Below the pieces are notes generated by a model. It saw only the letters and a list, made by a program, of their open reading frames with translations. It searched no databases and was not told where the DNA came from. From Candidatus Latescibacterota bacterium (lineage in GTDB: Bacteria; Latescibacterota; UBA2968; UBA8231), in assembly GCA_965197905.1 (NCBI GenBank), contig CBDAOB010000005.1:960001-1024000 (forward strand): DNA of 64,000 bases, in the 5' to 3' direction. The stretch's first letter is position 1; every line of letters starts with the position of its first letter. The position numbers were made by a program, and so were the translations under genes. Positions 9,910 to 20,413 of the stretch are shown here, piece by piece.

Positions 9910-12572
9910 TAAAATGTGTACGAGAGACGGATGAGGCCGAGGCGGCCGATGCGGGGTGCGAAGATGTACTCGCTGTGGCGGTTGTTAAGCAGGTTCTGTA
10001 TTGAGAGATCGACTCGAAGCTGCCAGGTGGGGAGGTCGGCTCCCGCAATCAGGTCGACCAGGGTGTAGGACTTCACACGTCCGCTGCCGATCACGTCCTG
10101 TATACGGAAGCCACCGGTATAGTGCGCGCGTAAACCGCCATCGAATCCGCGGATGTGATCGCGGTAGTGAAGCCTGATAGTGCCTCTATGACTTGGTGCG
10201 TTCATGGCGATGTCGTCGGGCCACGACGATTTGCGCTTGAACAGGGTCTCACTCAAGTGAGAGTAGTTGCCCGAAAACGTCCAACTCTCGGATGGGTAGT
10301 ATGCGAGACCCAAACCCATGCCCACATGAGAGATGTTGCCGAACTGTCGTGATGACAACAACAATGCTACCGGGTCTCCCTCTCGAGGAGAAACGGTACC
10401 GACAGGTATCGCGGTTATTGCTCCGGCAAGGGCTGCAGCCGCCTCCTCGGACATGAACTGTGCCAGATGGGTCGCCAAATGCGTTGGTTCGAAGAACACA
10501 TTCGGGGTGATAACGTTGAAGACGGAAAAGCGCCTGTTGCGCTCGTAGTAGAGGTTTCCCGAGAGCAGCCAACGACCGGAGAGAACGCCTTTGTACCCGA
10601 TCTCGTAGGTCGTCGTGCGGCGGGAGCGCAGTGGTTCGATATTTTCAACGTCAGAAGGCTTGATTTCTTCGTAGGCGAAGGACTGGATGTTGAATTCCCT
10701 AAGGATCGTCGCACCGTCCGAGTTCGGAGCCGACACCTGTGAGAGATCCACCCCGGAAGCGCCCATGATGGCTACGATAGCTCCCCAGGCCGCACCGGCG
10801 TCGGCTGGGAGTGGGGTTGCCGGCCCTCCTGCGGCAGGAGGTGTAAAAGGGGACGTCATATACAGTCCATCCACGCCTCCTTGTTCATCGCGGCGGTAGT
10901 TGAAGCCATCGTCGGCAGGAACTCCAAGGATGCGTGTTGCGTAGGGATTTGTTATCGACGCTGGCAACAGGACAAAATCTGAGAAGATTTCCGCTACCGG
11001 CGGCGTTTCAAAGGCGCGGTTAAAAGTAACCCTCAGCGTATGATTGACGGCCGGACGGTAGACGAAAGCTGCCCTTGGGGACAGCACGGGATCCGGAAGA
11101 TGGCTGTTGTGATCGAGTCGAGCTGTCGCCAGCAGTCTCACTTGAGATGTGATGTCCGTGACCGACTGAAGGTAGATACCGCCTTCGTCCAGCCGATCGT
11201 CTTTCTCATTGCGGCCGTACAACGTGCCGTCAGAATCAGGTTCGGTGCGCAGTAGGTCGAGACCGTAGTCAAAACGCTGACGCCCGTCGATAAATGTAGA
11301 GCTATGCTGGACTTGAGCTACGACCTGCGTCGAGTTGTCAATGATCACGTTGCCAGTGCGCAAGAGACGAGAGTCGCCAGCATCCCCCTTATTGACGAAT
11401 ATCTGCGCGAACCAGTCACGATAGTACAGGCGGCCCTGCAAATATGCCGTTCGCCATCCGTCCAGCTGGGCGGCTCCAGTAGGGTTAAGGGCAACTTGGT
11501 CACTACTAACCAGGCCACCAGACATGACAGCCGTGATGTCAGCTGTCGGTTTGAAATCGACCCGGGCATCGACGTTCAACCGGCGCGTGTCATAGTCACG
11601 GCTGTTGTCGACAGATTCCGTCAGCTGCTTGCGTCCATCAGGTGTATCTTTGCCGATGGTTAGCGAGTCTGGTTCATTGGGATCATCAAACGGCCAGTCA
11701 GTGCCCTCGTGGAGGCGGGCAGAAATCTTGTAACCCAAGGTCTTGTTGCGTACTCCTGCGTGACGAATACCCAGCACGTGCTGGTCACGTTCTCCCAGGC
11801 CGACGTTGACGGTTGTCCCCTGAGAATCGTACGGTGATCGGGTTATGTAATGAACAATTCCCCCGGCCGCGTTGGGACCATAAAGAGCCGACCCTGGGCC
11901 CTCCAGGACCTCAATGCGCTCGAGATCGCCATCGTTGAATGAGACCAATTCTGGGTTGTTGAGACGTAAGCCAGGCAGGTTGGCAATGCGTCTGTCGGCC
12001 AGCGTCATCAATCTCGCCGAAAACAGCTGATTGAAACCTCGGACACCCCAGCGCGAACCGCTGATGCCGGTGCGAATAATATCGACGGCCGGTAAACCCT
12101 GCAGATGCTCGATCGGGCTCATCGCCGGTCGCGTGCTGATCTCGCTACGCCCAACTGTGCTGATTGCCGCCGGGGCATCGATCACCCGCTCCGTACGCCG
12201 GGATGCGGACACTGTGATCGGGTTGAGGGGAATCGAGCCAGGAGTCAACGTGAAATCGATCTTGTGCGACGATGATTCCAGAGGGTCTAAGTCTGGCTTC
12301 ACGGCCGGGTCGAAGCCGACATACGATACGCGCAGGGTGCAGCCGCCCGCGGGCAGGTCGACCAGTATGTAGCTGCCGTCCAGGGAGCTAGTCGTACCGT
12401 GTATCTCCGAACCGCACGAGGCAGCGATGTTGGCGCCGGGAAGCACCTCACCGGAGGCAGCATCTCGTACGGTGCCCCGAAGTTCGACGCCTTCTGCGGC
12501 GGATACAGAGAGTAGCCAGGCGAACGACGCCAGGGCCTTAACACACAATTTCCTGATTTTGGTACTTAGCAT
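9909..12572 (-). CDS. TonB-dependent receptor with N-terminal carboxypeptidase-regulatory-like domain
   Basis: Signal peptide; GTVRDAASGEVLPGANI; ITVSASRR; ERIEVLEGPGSALYG..AAGG plug; C-terminal NLLN...SYTF; start overlaps next gene (TAATG). Confidence 0.92.
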   Translation of the reverse strand: MLSTKIRKLCVKALASFAWLLSVSAAEGVELRGTVRDAASGEVLPGANIAASCGSEIHGTTSSLDGSYILVDLPAGGCTLRVSYVGFDPAVKPDLDPLESSSHKIDFTLTPGSIPLNPITVSASRRTERVIDAPAAISTVGRSEISTRPAMSPIEHLQGLPAVDIIRTGISGSRWGVRGFNQLFSARLMTLADRRIANLPGLRLNNPELVSFNDGDLERIEVLEGPGSALYGPNAAGGIVHYITRSPYDSQGTTVNVGLGERDQHVLGIRHAGVRNKTLGYKISARLHEGTDWPFDDPNEPDSLTIGKDTPDGRKQLTESVDNSRDYDTRRLNVDARVDFKPTADITAVMSGGLVSSDQVALNPTGAAQLDGWRTAYLQGRLYYRDWFAQIFVNKGDAGDSRLLRTGNVIIDNSTQVVAQVQHSSTFIDGRQRFDYGLDLLRTEPDSDGTLYGRNEKDDRLDEGGIYLQSVTDITSQVRLLATARLDHNSHLPDPVLSPRAAFVYRPAVNHTLRVTFNRAFETPPVAEIFSDFVLLPASITNPYATRILGVPADDGFNYRRDEQGGVDGLYMTSPFTPPAAGGPATPLPADAGAAWGAIVAIMGASGVDLSQVSAPNSDGATILREFNIQSFAYEEIKPSDVENIEPLRSRRTTTYEIGYKGVLSGRWLLSGNLYYERNRRFSVFNVITPNVFFEPTHLATHLAQFMSEEAAAALAGAITAIPVGTVSPREGDPVALLLSSRQFGNISHVGMGLGLAYYPSESWTFSGNYSHLSETLFKRKSSWPDDIAMNAPSHRGTIRLHYRDHIRGFDGGLRAHYTGGFRIQDVIGSGRVKSYTLVDLIAGADLPTWQLRVDLSIQNLLNNRHSEYIFAPRIGRLGLIRLSYTF

Positions 12573-12582
12573 AGTTACGTCC

Positions 12583-12604
12583 TTTTGTGATCCAGATCAC
12601 ATTT
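12583..12604. promoter_or_regulatory. CRP/FNR-family binding site (TGTGA-N6-TCACA)
   Basis: tttTGTGAtccagaTCACAttt versus the CRP consensus aaaTGTGAtctagaTCACAttt; the core lies 13 bp upstream of the TonB receptor ATG. Confidence 0.7.
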
Positions 12605-12721
12605 TGCAGATTTCATGTATATGGAATGTGACGGAACTATGCAACTGTGAATCCTGTATCGGCATTGCCTGAACGCTTTGCAGAACGGCATTGTACCCGG
12701 CGGCCAGCTGTGGAAAATGGG

Positions 12722-12772
12722 TTCCCCGGCAAAAAAACGGGCATCGGCCAAGACCGCCTGGGGGGCCGGGGA
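12722..12772. other. Inverted repeat / possible hairpin between the desaturase-like gene and the TonB receptor
   Basis: TTCCCCGGC (12722-12730) ... GCCGGGGAA (12764-12772), just downstream of the 12795 stop. Confidence 0.35.
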
Positions 12773-12794
12773 ATGACCGCGGAATCATCCGCCA

Positions 12795-14924
12795 TCAAGG
12801 ATGATCGTAGCCGATGATCTCTTCGAGGGGCGGGCTGCCGCTCAACGCATGGGCTGCGAGACGACCGGACATGACTGCCGATTCCACGCAGCCCATGTTG
12901 TGCCCGCAGTCTGTCCAATCACCACATATAGTCAAATTGTCATAGGTGTTGTCGAGAGGCGAGATGCGGTGTTGGGGACTGCCAGGTACCGACAAGACAT
13001 AGCGATCAGTTGGATTCACGTTGGCGGTGAAAAACTGACCGTCCACGCACTCACTGCCGACAGTTCTGTCCAATGCCGCGCCGTCGGGGGGTACCAATAG
13101 ATCCCAACGAAAACCTTCCTTGTCTACCGACTTGGGCAAAAGGCGGCCCAAATCGCGTTCCAGGAACTGGACGGCATTCTGGCGCACGACCTCTCGCCAA
13201 TGCTGTTGTGGGGATGAAGCTTCCTGGTCGGTGGGAGGGGTCGCGAGGCTACTGCAGAAATATGCGATTGCTCGCGGCTCATCCGGCCAGCTCTCTTCGG
13301 GGATCAGCTGGGACATGTCGGCCCAGGTGTCGAACGGTTTGACATACGCGGAAAGATTGATCGGTGCCTGTGCGAACCCCAGTTCCTTCGTGCTCTCGCG
13401 CAGCCACAATTGCATGGCCTGGGTCGCCACGGTCTTAACGTTTCGGACCATGGCTCGCCAGCGACGATCGTGGGCGACGATTTCACTGCACACGTGGGGG
13501 ACGGCGCCCAGGCTGACACCGAGAACAGCGAAGTCGAAGTCCTCCATGACTCTCAGGCGTAGTGTGCCGCACCGATGGCTGTCCCAGTGTGACTCGAAAT
13601 CGATCTCGGACCCGTGCAGTCGATCCCCGTCCTCCAGCTGGTCGTAGCGAGGTGCTGCCGGCCAACAGGGGAGACCGCGTACCTCCACCAGGGGCTGGTA
13701 ATCACCCCCACCGGAAACTCGGGCTTGAACGTCGAACTCAAGGGTTTCCACATAGGTTTTTTCGCCGGGTGCGAGCTGCTCTTCGGGAACGAGACCCACA
13801 TTTCGCAGGCGATGGAAGAATTTGAAGTGGACGCCACGCTTCTTCAGCACTTCATAGAGGGGAGCGAAAATGACATCGCCCATTCCGGCCCGCATTTTCC
13901 AAAACGGGGAACCTCTATAGGTATAGAACATGCGTACGGCCCCACGAAGCCCCACACGGGCGGCGATAGCCGGTCGTTGCGGGTCGCCGTCCACATAGGC
14001 AAAACCAAGGTCGTGGAGGCCGCGGACAAAGGCTGATTCCAGAGTAGACTCGGAGGCGCCGTTCAACCGCAACCACTCGCGCATCTCGTAGTCGTTTATC
14101 GCATCGAAACCTCGCGGGTCGGTGGCCAATCCAAAGCGAACCGAACCGCGAAGAGCGGCCAACATGAGATCCAGGACCTCCCAGACTCTCCGACTAGCGG
14201 CGTCCTTGCGACGCAGCGTCTCCAGCTGGCTCTGGGCGGCTGTGCCGATGGCGTCGATTAGGCGTAGCGCGAGACTTTCTGGGAAGCCGGGAAGCATTTC
14301 GAGCAACGCCGGCAGTAAGCGCGTAGCCTCGATGAGTGCCGCCCAGGTCGCGAGTTGGCCGTAACGCAGAACGCGACCCACCGTTGCGGCTAGATCGCTC
14401 AGCGATGCTGGTTCGTCAGTGTTCTCCGGCGTGTGTCCGTCAGAGGACACGGAGGCCAACAGTGATGCCGCCAGTTGGGCGGTGCGGACCATGTAGGATC
14501 GTACGGTGTAAAGACCGTCGGGAAGGGGATCGCCAGGCAAGCCCGGAACGGGTGGAAAGTGGGCCACCCAACTCGACCAGCTGCCATCGGGGTTGCGATC
14601 GGCCAGGCCGACGAGGCGGTCGGGGTAGATGGCATCCTGCCAATCGACGAAGCGACAGGTCGCCGGATTGCGGTCCAACTCCGAGTAACATTCGCGAAGT
14701 TGACGGAAAGCGTTTTCGTAATAACCCAGCCAGAGGTGCAGACCGTGCTCTTCGACGCGATCTGCAGGACCGCGGCCGGAGGCCCCTTTGCCTCCAAGGC
14801 GCCAACCCTGTTGGAAGAGGGTTACCTCGAAACGTCCGTTGTGTTCGGGGCGAGTCAGCTCAAACGCGGTCGTCGTGGCGGCGCAGCCACCGCCGATTAT
14901 GGCGACGCGGACGGGTCGGGCCAC
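12795..14924 (-). CDS. FAD/NAD(P)-binding oxidoreductase, phytoene/zeta-carotene desaturase-like (COG3349-like)
   Basis: VAIIGGGCAA, RLGGKGASGR, EEHGLHLWLGYYENAF (cf. PDS ETGLHIFFGAYPN), C-terminal NLTICGDWT..GCVESAVMSGRLAA. Confidence 0.8.
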   Translation of the reverse strand: MARPVRVAIIGGGCAATTTAFELTRPEHNGRFEVTLFQQGWRLGGKGASGRGPADRVEEHGLHLWLGYYENAFRQLRECYSELDRNPATCRFVDWQDAIYPDRLVGLADRNPDGSWSSWVAHFPPVPGLPGDPLPDGLYTVRSYMVRTAQLAASLLASVSSDGHTPENTDEPASLSDLAATVGRVLRYGQLATWAALIEATRLLPALLEMLPGFPESLALRLIDAIGTAAQSQLETLRRKDAASRRVWEVLDLMLAALRGSVRFGLATDPRGFDAINDYEMREWLRLNGASESTLESAFVRGLHDLGFAYVDGDPQRPAIAARVGLRGAVRMFYTYRGSPFWKMRAGMGDVIFAPLYEVLKKRGVHFKFFHRLRNVGLVPEEQLAPGEKTYVETLEFDVQARVSGGGDYQPLVEVRGLPCWPAAPRYDQLEDGDRLHGSEIDFESHWDSHRCGTLRLRVMEDFDFAVLGVSLGAVPHVCSEIVAHDRRWRAMVRNVKTVATQAMQLWLRESTKELGFAQAPINLSAYVKPFDTWADMSQLIPEESWPDEPRAIAYFCSSLATPPTDQEASSPQQHWREVVRQNAVQFLERDLGRLLPKSVDKEGFRWDLLVPPDGAALDRTVGSECVDGQFFTANVNPTDRYVLSVPGSPQHRISPLDNTYDNLTICGDWTDCGHNMGCVESAVMSGRLAAHALSGSPPLEEIIGYDHP

Positions 14925-14974
14925 TCAGGATGGTCTTCCTGCGGGCGGCGGTGTTGCCTCTTCCATGTGAAGGG

Positions 14975-17776
14975 TCAAGCATCCTTTTTAGGAAAGAACA
15001 GCAACTGGGCTTTGTTTTCCACGTCCAACATGCCGCGGAACACCCTCATCTCTTCAGGGATCGAGTCAAAGGAGTCTCCCCTTAGGTGGAACGGCGGGGG
15101 CATCACGCGGAAACGGGGACGATGCCGAGTCTCCCGGTCGGTCCAGTTCAGCCACCTGTTACTTAGCAAGTACTCGATCGCAAGCTGAGGTTCTAATTCT
15201 TCATTCTTGAGGCGATCGATAAGCCTGACAACCGACGGTCTCTGACCCTCGGCGAGCCAATCCTTTACCCAAACAGAAAGGTTTCGGGGGATCCTCAAAT
15301 CAGTACGGGCGTTTTTCATTTTTTTGTCGATGTGCTCGAGGAGGTCTAGATTCGTCTTGATATCAGCGAAAAAATCGGGAGGGTCTTGGTCGCACGGTTG
15401 CACGTCGTCAACTGACATATCAAACTGGCCCGTAGTGACCCCCGATTGTTGTACTATCAGATTTTCACTGTCCAAGTCGGTCTCGTCGATAACGCTCGAC
15501 TCGGTGTTGCCCACATTGCTCCAGATCTCACAGCCTCGCTCCAGGTCTAGCCGTAGCTGCATGGAAAAAGGACGCACCGGTTCCAGGATGGCCAGGTCGT
15601 CTTCTTCGTGGCGGGTGAGCAGCCCAAGCGTATCGAGGATCGGTTGTCCCTTTGTGCGACGGATATCAATGCGAACGGGTTCGCTATCGAATTCCCATAT
15701 GCGACGCACATGCTTGATCAGCATGGGAGTACGGATAATTGCCTGGTAACAAGCCCGCTCCGGCTGTTCGGCATCGCGGAACTGCTTAACGGAGAATTCG
15801 GGCACTGATTTTCCATTGGCCAATGGTTCCATTCCGAGCGCTACAAGTGCCTTGACCTTACCCTTGCAGTTCTTATATAACCCGACCTTACGTTTAAGTT
15901 CGGTTCTAAGAGTGTCCTCCCATTTAAATGCTTCTGGCTGACCACGCTTCGAATTCTTTACGGTGGTGATTTCCAGGAGGCGTTGAGGGCGCCGCTCTTG
16001 GCTCTGCCCAATAGCATCTAGCATGGGAACGTCCACCCGAAGTAGCCTTTCTGGATTTTGGTCAGTCTCGCTGTCAAGCAACCAGTTCCGACGATCTGAC
16101 TTGATCGCGCACTGTATGGTTGGCCAGCCGAATATCTCGCGACCGATCGCAGTGCCGATCTCAGTGTCACTATACGTAAAGGGTGAAACCAACCCAATGG
16201 TCTCTAGTGTGTTGTTTGATTTGCGATAACACTTCACAGGAATCGAAAAACGTACCTCGTGTTGTGCCCACTGTCCTATGTTCACTGTTCGGGACCGAAC
16301 CTCAGTGAAATTGATAGCTAGAAGGTAAACGTATCGTCCGAATGGCTTGAAAACGTATTTGTCTTGACCGTCCAATCCGACTGGTAGCAATGGCTCATCT
16401 TGCTTGTGTGCCTCATTTAAATACTTGTCGACGAACTTCCTCAGCTTCTTCGGATCTGCCTGCAGCGGCATGACTCGGACGAGAGCGTTTGGGAATCGAA
16501 AGGGCGGTAGTATGCTCAGAACTGCGGCACCGCGGGCTGTATTGAAGGGATTCCCAATTTTCCGCCGCTTATTGTGAACGCTCTCTATTAGACGTTTACC
16601 TGATTTTTCCACGAAGTGATGCCAATTGCTGCGTCGCGTTCGCCAGGCGAGATTTTCTCCTCGTGTGTATCGCATGTCCACCTCGGCCCAAAAGGGGAAC
16701 TCAGGAGTAATCACTTGGACACGGTCATCGCCCGAGCGCTTGTCCTGGGATTCGATTCCGAGTTCCTGGACGATCGGGATGTTCGGGTACCGATGCAGAA
16801 GGACCCTGAAGCCTCCACTCCGATCGCCCGTAAGGAGGTTCTCTCCTCCTAGGAGGCCGCCCCTGTGAAAGCATTTGAGTTCCATCCGCGAACGGATCAA
16901 CGCCTGGTAGCAAACTGCGTTCGGGTTCTCCGCGTCGCGGAACTGCTTGAGGTTGACGGTATCGGCGGTAGGCGCCGCCAATTGCTGCATCTGTTGCATC
17001 ATGGCCTGGAGACGAACGGGCATGCGCAGCAAATCCAGTGGTTCAAAACCTCTAGCAGGCAATGCTGCCGCAATCTCCGTCAACCGAGCCCAACTTTCCA
17101 TTGCAGAAAGCATTATCTCGCTGATGCCGGAAATGGGGTTGAAGGGAGAGCGCAGATCGGGCGGAATACGAAATGGCATGCTTGGCTGCTCGTAGTCGAT
17201 TTCAAGGACGATGCGGCGTTCGCGTGTCTGGCCCCCAAAAGCCTCTGGAAAGACGTAAGATTCGAGCTTTATTAGCGGATGTTGGCGCACGTCGGGTGCC
17301 CTTGCATACGGATCGAACTTGGCGTGCCAACCCTGCACCTTGGGCCAACCGTATACCTCGCGACCGGTTGCCTGTGAAGCGTCGTCGTCAACGAAGATGA
17401 AAGGTGATACGGAAGCGGGGCCGATGTACACTTCGCGGCCATCTTCAACACGGAACCAGTCGAGTAAAACGGAGAAAACGACCTCGTTCTGAGATACCCA
17501 GCCGGCTGTGCGCATCTCCGGCGTCATCTCTGGATAATGGATGGCGCTCAGCAATACGTAGGGGATCGCTGGGCGGAAACAGGCGATTTCGGGTGGTACT
17601 AGGTTGAGGTAATCGTCGCAGAAATCGCGAAGCCTGTTCATGGATGCGCGCAAAGGGTAGAAGCGCAGCATGGCACCTCGAAATTCGTACGGTGGCGTTG
17701 ATACGAGTGACGCCCATCTGCGGGCCATGTTGTAGTGGGGTTGATCTGGGACTTCGACGATTCGACGGCGATTCAA
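14975..17776 (-). CDS. Tandem acetoacetate-decarboxylase-like (2x ADC) domain protein
   Basis: Two internal repeats, each with GRE(V/I)(Y/F)GWP and KQFRDAE.P...CYQA; TTG start overlapping the upstream stop. Confidence 0.75.
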   Translation of the reverse strand: MNRRRIVEVPDQPHYNMARRWASLVSTPPYEFRGAMLRFYPLRASMNRLRDFCDDYLNLVPPEIACFRPAIPYVLLSAIHYPEMTPEMRTAGWVSQNEVVFSVLLDWFRVEDGREVYIGPASVSPFIFVDDDASQATGREVYGWPKVQGWHAKFDPYARAPDVRQHPLIKLESYVFPEAFGGQTRERRIVLEIDYEQPSMPFRIPPDLRSPFNPISGISEIMLSAMESWARLTEIAAALPARGFEPLDLLRMPVRLQAMMQQMQQLAAPTADTVNLKQFRDAENPNAVCYQALIRSRMELKCFHRGGLLGGENLLTGDRSGGFRVLLHRYPNIPIVQELGIESQDKRSGDDRVQVITPEFPFWAEVDMRYTRGENLAWRTRRSNWHHFVEKSGKRLIESVHNKRRKIGNPFNTARGAAVLSILPPFRFPNALVRVMPLQADPKKLRKFVDKYLNEAHKQDEPLLPVGLDGQDKYVFKPFGRYVYLLAINFTEVRSRTVNIGQWAQHEVRFSIPVKCYRKSNNTLETIGLVSPFTYSDTEIGTAIGREIFGWPTIQCAIKSDRRNWLLDSETDQNPERLLRVDVPMLDAIGQSQERRPQRLLEITTVKNSKRGQPEAFKWEDTLRTELKRKVGLYKNCKGKVKALVALGMEPLANGKSVPEFSVKQFRDAEQPERACYQAIIRTPMLIKHVRRIWEFDSEPVRIDIRRTKGQPILDTLGLLTRHEEDDLAILEPVRPFSMQLRLDLERGCEIWSNVGNTESSVIDETDLDSENLIVQQSGVTTGQFDMSVDDVQPCDQDPPDFFADIKTNLDLLEHIDKKMKNARTDLRIPRNLSVWVKDWLAEGQRPSVVRLIDRLKNEELEPQLAIEYLLSNRWLNWTDRETRHRPRFRVMPPPFHLRGDSFDSIPEEMRVFRGMLDVENKAQLLFFPKKDA

Positions 17777-20413
17777 ATTCCGTTCTCTCCGCTTACCGGC
17801 TTGTTTGGGGAGACGCCGCTCGGGATCACCCAGTTGGTGCCAAGAAGCGCCTGAATCGCCGAATGCGGATCACACTCTACGGCATCGATGGCATCTCTAG
17901 GCTTCATGCAGTGATTTGGCTCATTCTCGTGCCAATCCCTGCAGTATTGCTCTCGGCGTTCGTCATCCTGCCAGAAATCGGCGCCACCTTCAGACTCGCG
18001 TCGCGTTAGCATGTCACCACCAACGTGAATGTTTTCTGAGTCGGTGAAGTAGCCTTTCCATTCATTCTCCGCAGGGGTACCTGGGTGATTCGCCAACAAC
18101 CGCGGTCCACAGATTCTGCGCCGTGTCAATTCGCACATTGGCACGGAACCAGAAAGGAGTTTCTGCCTGGAGAATATAGTAGCTGCCTTCGGAAGAAGTC
18201 TCCTCCAGCTTAGCCCGAAGACCCAGCATCTCCACGATGGGTTGCCCCGCAATCTTGTGAATCCGCAAGTGCAAATCCTCCTTGATTTTGTGTAGCGAAA
18301 ACAAGCGCTCGAAAACTTGTGGAACGCGCACAATGCACTGATAGCAGGCGCCAGTTGGTTCGGCAGCATCACGGAATTGTTTGAGCGTGAATTCGTTCAA
18401 ACATTTCTGGTTTACCAGAGTCTCCAAGCCAAGGGCCATCAAATTCTTGAGCGGGGTTTTGGCATCAGCGGGTGCGTTATCGGGACAAGGCACCGCACTT
18501 TTGTCCCAATATCCGGCTTCGGTTTCGGTCTTGGGAAAGGGTGCAGGGCAATTGTCCCCCCAATATTTGGCTTCGGTCTCCATCTTAGGCGGTCCGACCG
18601 AATCAACTATCTTCCCCTCATAGATCTCGAGCAGGCGAAGGTGACGCTCTTCCTGTCCCATGAACAGCGCAGACATAGCCGGAGCGTCAAGCTTGAGTAG
18701 ACCCTGGCCTTTGTCTGGGTCAGGACCTCCGCGTTCCAGCCATTTATTTGCCGGCGCGTAGATCTGGCTCCTTAGAACTGGCAAGCCGTAGAGTTCACGT
18801 GCCGTTACTGCAGTGATTTCGTTGTCCGAGAATACGAAGGGCGAGATTACCCCCGCCGAAACGGGCTTCTTATCTGAGTGCATATGATCGAATAGCTTAA
18901 CGGGGACCGAAAAACGAACCTGGAGGCCGGAATAATGACCAATGTCGTCTCTCCGCGAATGTGCCTGTTGGGTACTCCAGACTATCAGATAGACGAATTT
19001 GCCAAAAGCACGAAATTGGTACCTCTCCTGATTCTCCAGATGATTGAAACGGCGGTCGACGAAATCTTGCAGTTGGCCAGGGTGTGCCAGCAGTGGCAAC
19101 ACTCGGATCGTCGTATCTGGCAGGTGGAATGGACCCGGGAGTGATATAATGGCGGCGCCCCTGGCGGTGTCGTACAAGTGCCCGTAGTGCTCCACCGCAT
19201 AGGCGGCGGTATCATTCTTCTTAAGTTTGGGCAAAGCACCCTTGGGTTGGGCAGGCACCAACCAGCCATCTGTGGCTTTGGATCGCCAGCACAGGTTCTC
19301 TCCTTTGGAATAGGTGAGATCGACATCTACCCAGAACGGGTAGTCTGGCCGCATCAAAGCGACGGGCACCCCGTCGCCTGCTTCTTCATGGCCAACCTCG
19401 ATGCCCAAGCTATCAATGATCGGGAGGTTTGGGTACTTGTGGATGCGTACGAAGTAACCGCCGGTTGAATCACCTCGCATCAAATTCGTGTCGCCGAGCA
19501 TCCCCCCTTGGTTGAAGCGCGATAGAGAAATCTGCGAGTTGACAAGGGCCTGGTAGCAAACCTCCTCCGGGTTTTCTGCGTCACGGAACTGTTTGAGATT
19601 GATCGAATTTCCAGAGGCCGGCTTGAGGGTGGCAAACCCCCGCATCGTGCGTAGTAGCTCGATCGGAATTTGAGGCCATCCTTGGGTTTCATATCCGCGA
19701 CCCGGGAAGGACATCAACATGTCGAGAACATGTGCGTTCCACGCTAGCATGCTGGACGCGGCTTTCGTGCATGCGCCAAAGGGATTGCTCGGTGACTCCC
19801 AGTTAGGAGGAATCTGGGTAAGGGTCACGTCGGGATCCTTCTCGATCTCGAGAAACGTCGCCGTTTCCATAGGTACACCGGTGTATACCTCAGAGAATAC
19901 ACGGGTGCCGACGCTGGTGATCTTGTGGGGAGTGAGTGGTTTTCCTGGCCAGGAATCGATGTGAACCGGCCAACCCTGCATTTTTGGCCAACCGTAAACC
20001 TCGCGGCCGGTCATTTGAGACGAATCTTGATCGACGAAGATGAAGGGAGAAAAGGAGGCAGAACCTTGGTAGACGTACTTGCCATGGATCTTGCGGTACC
20101 GGTCAAGGAAAACGGAGAAGACGATCTCGTGCTGGGACAGCCAGCCGGCGTTACGCGCATCCATCGCAATGCGGTCGTAATGCACGAGCTGCAGGAAGAC
20201 GTATGGTAGGGAAGGCCTGAACTGGGCAATTTCAGGAGGGATAATGTTGAGGTATGCATCGCAGAATCGCCGCAACTGGTCGAGGCGGGCGCGAAGCGGC
20301 AGAAACCAGATGGTGACACCACTGAAGGTGTATGGCGGCGCCGAAGTCTGTGTTGCCGCGCCGCGCGCCATGTTGTACTTAGGCAGATTGATGATGCGAC
20401 CTTGCACGTTCAT
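17773..20413 (-). CDS. Second tandem ADC-like domain protein (frameshift near 18085)
   Basis: Paralog of 14975-17776 (YNMAR, GREVYGWPK, KQFRDAENP); ATG 20413 overlaps the stop of the polyprenyl synthase; the C-terminus continues in ORF 17773-18372 (DPHSAIQALLGTNW aligns with paralog EPQLAIEYLLSNRW). Confidence 0.75.

Noticed and set aside
12605..12794. Cobalamin or TPP riboswitch upstream of the TonB receptor
   Set aside because: No B12-box or TPP consensus recognised; only an inverted repeat and the CRP-like site.
18490..18585. Short internal peptide duplication (ETEAKYW / ETEAGYW) in the ADC protein
   Set aside because: Only two degenerate in-frame copies in a probable loop; no evidence of a repeat system.
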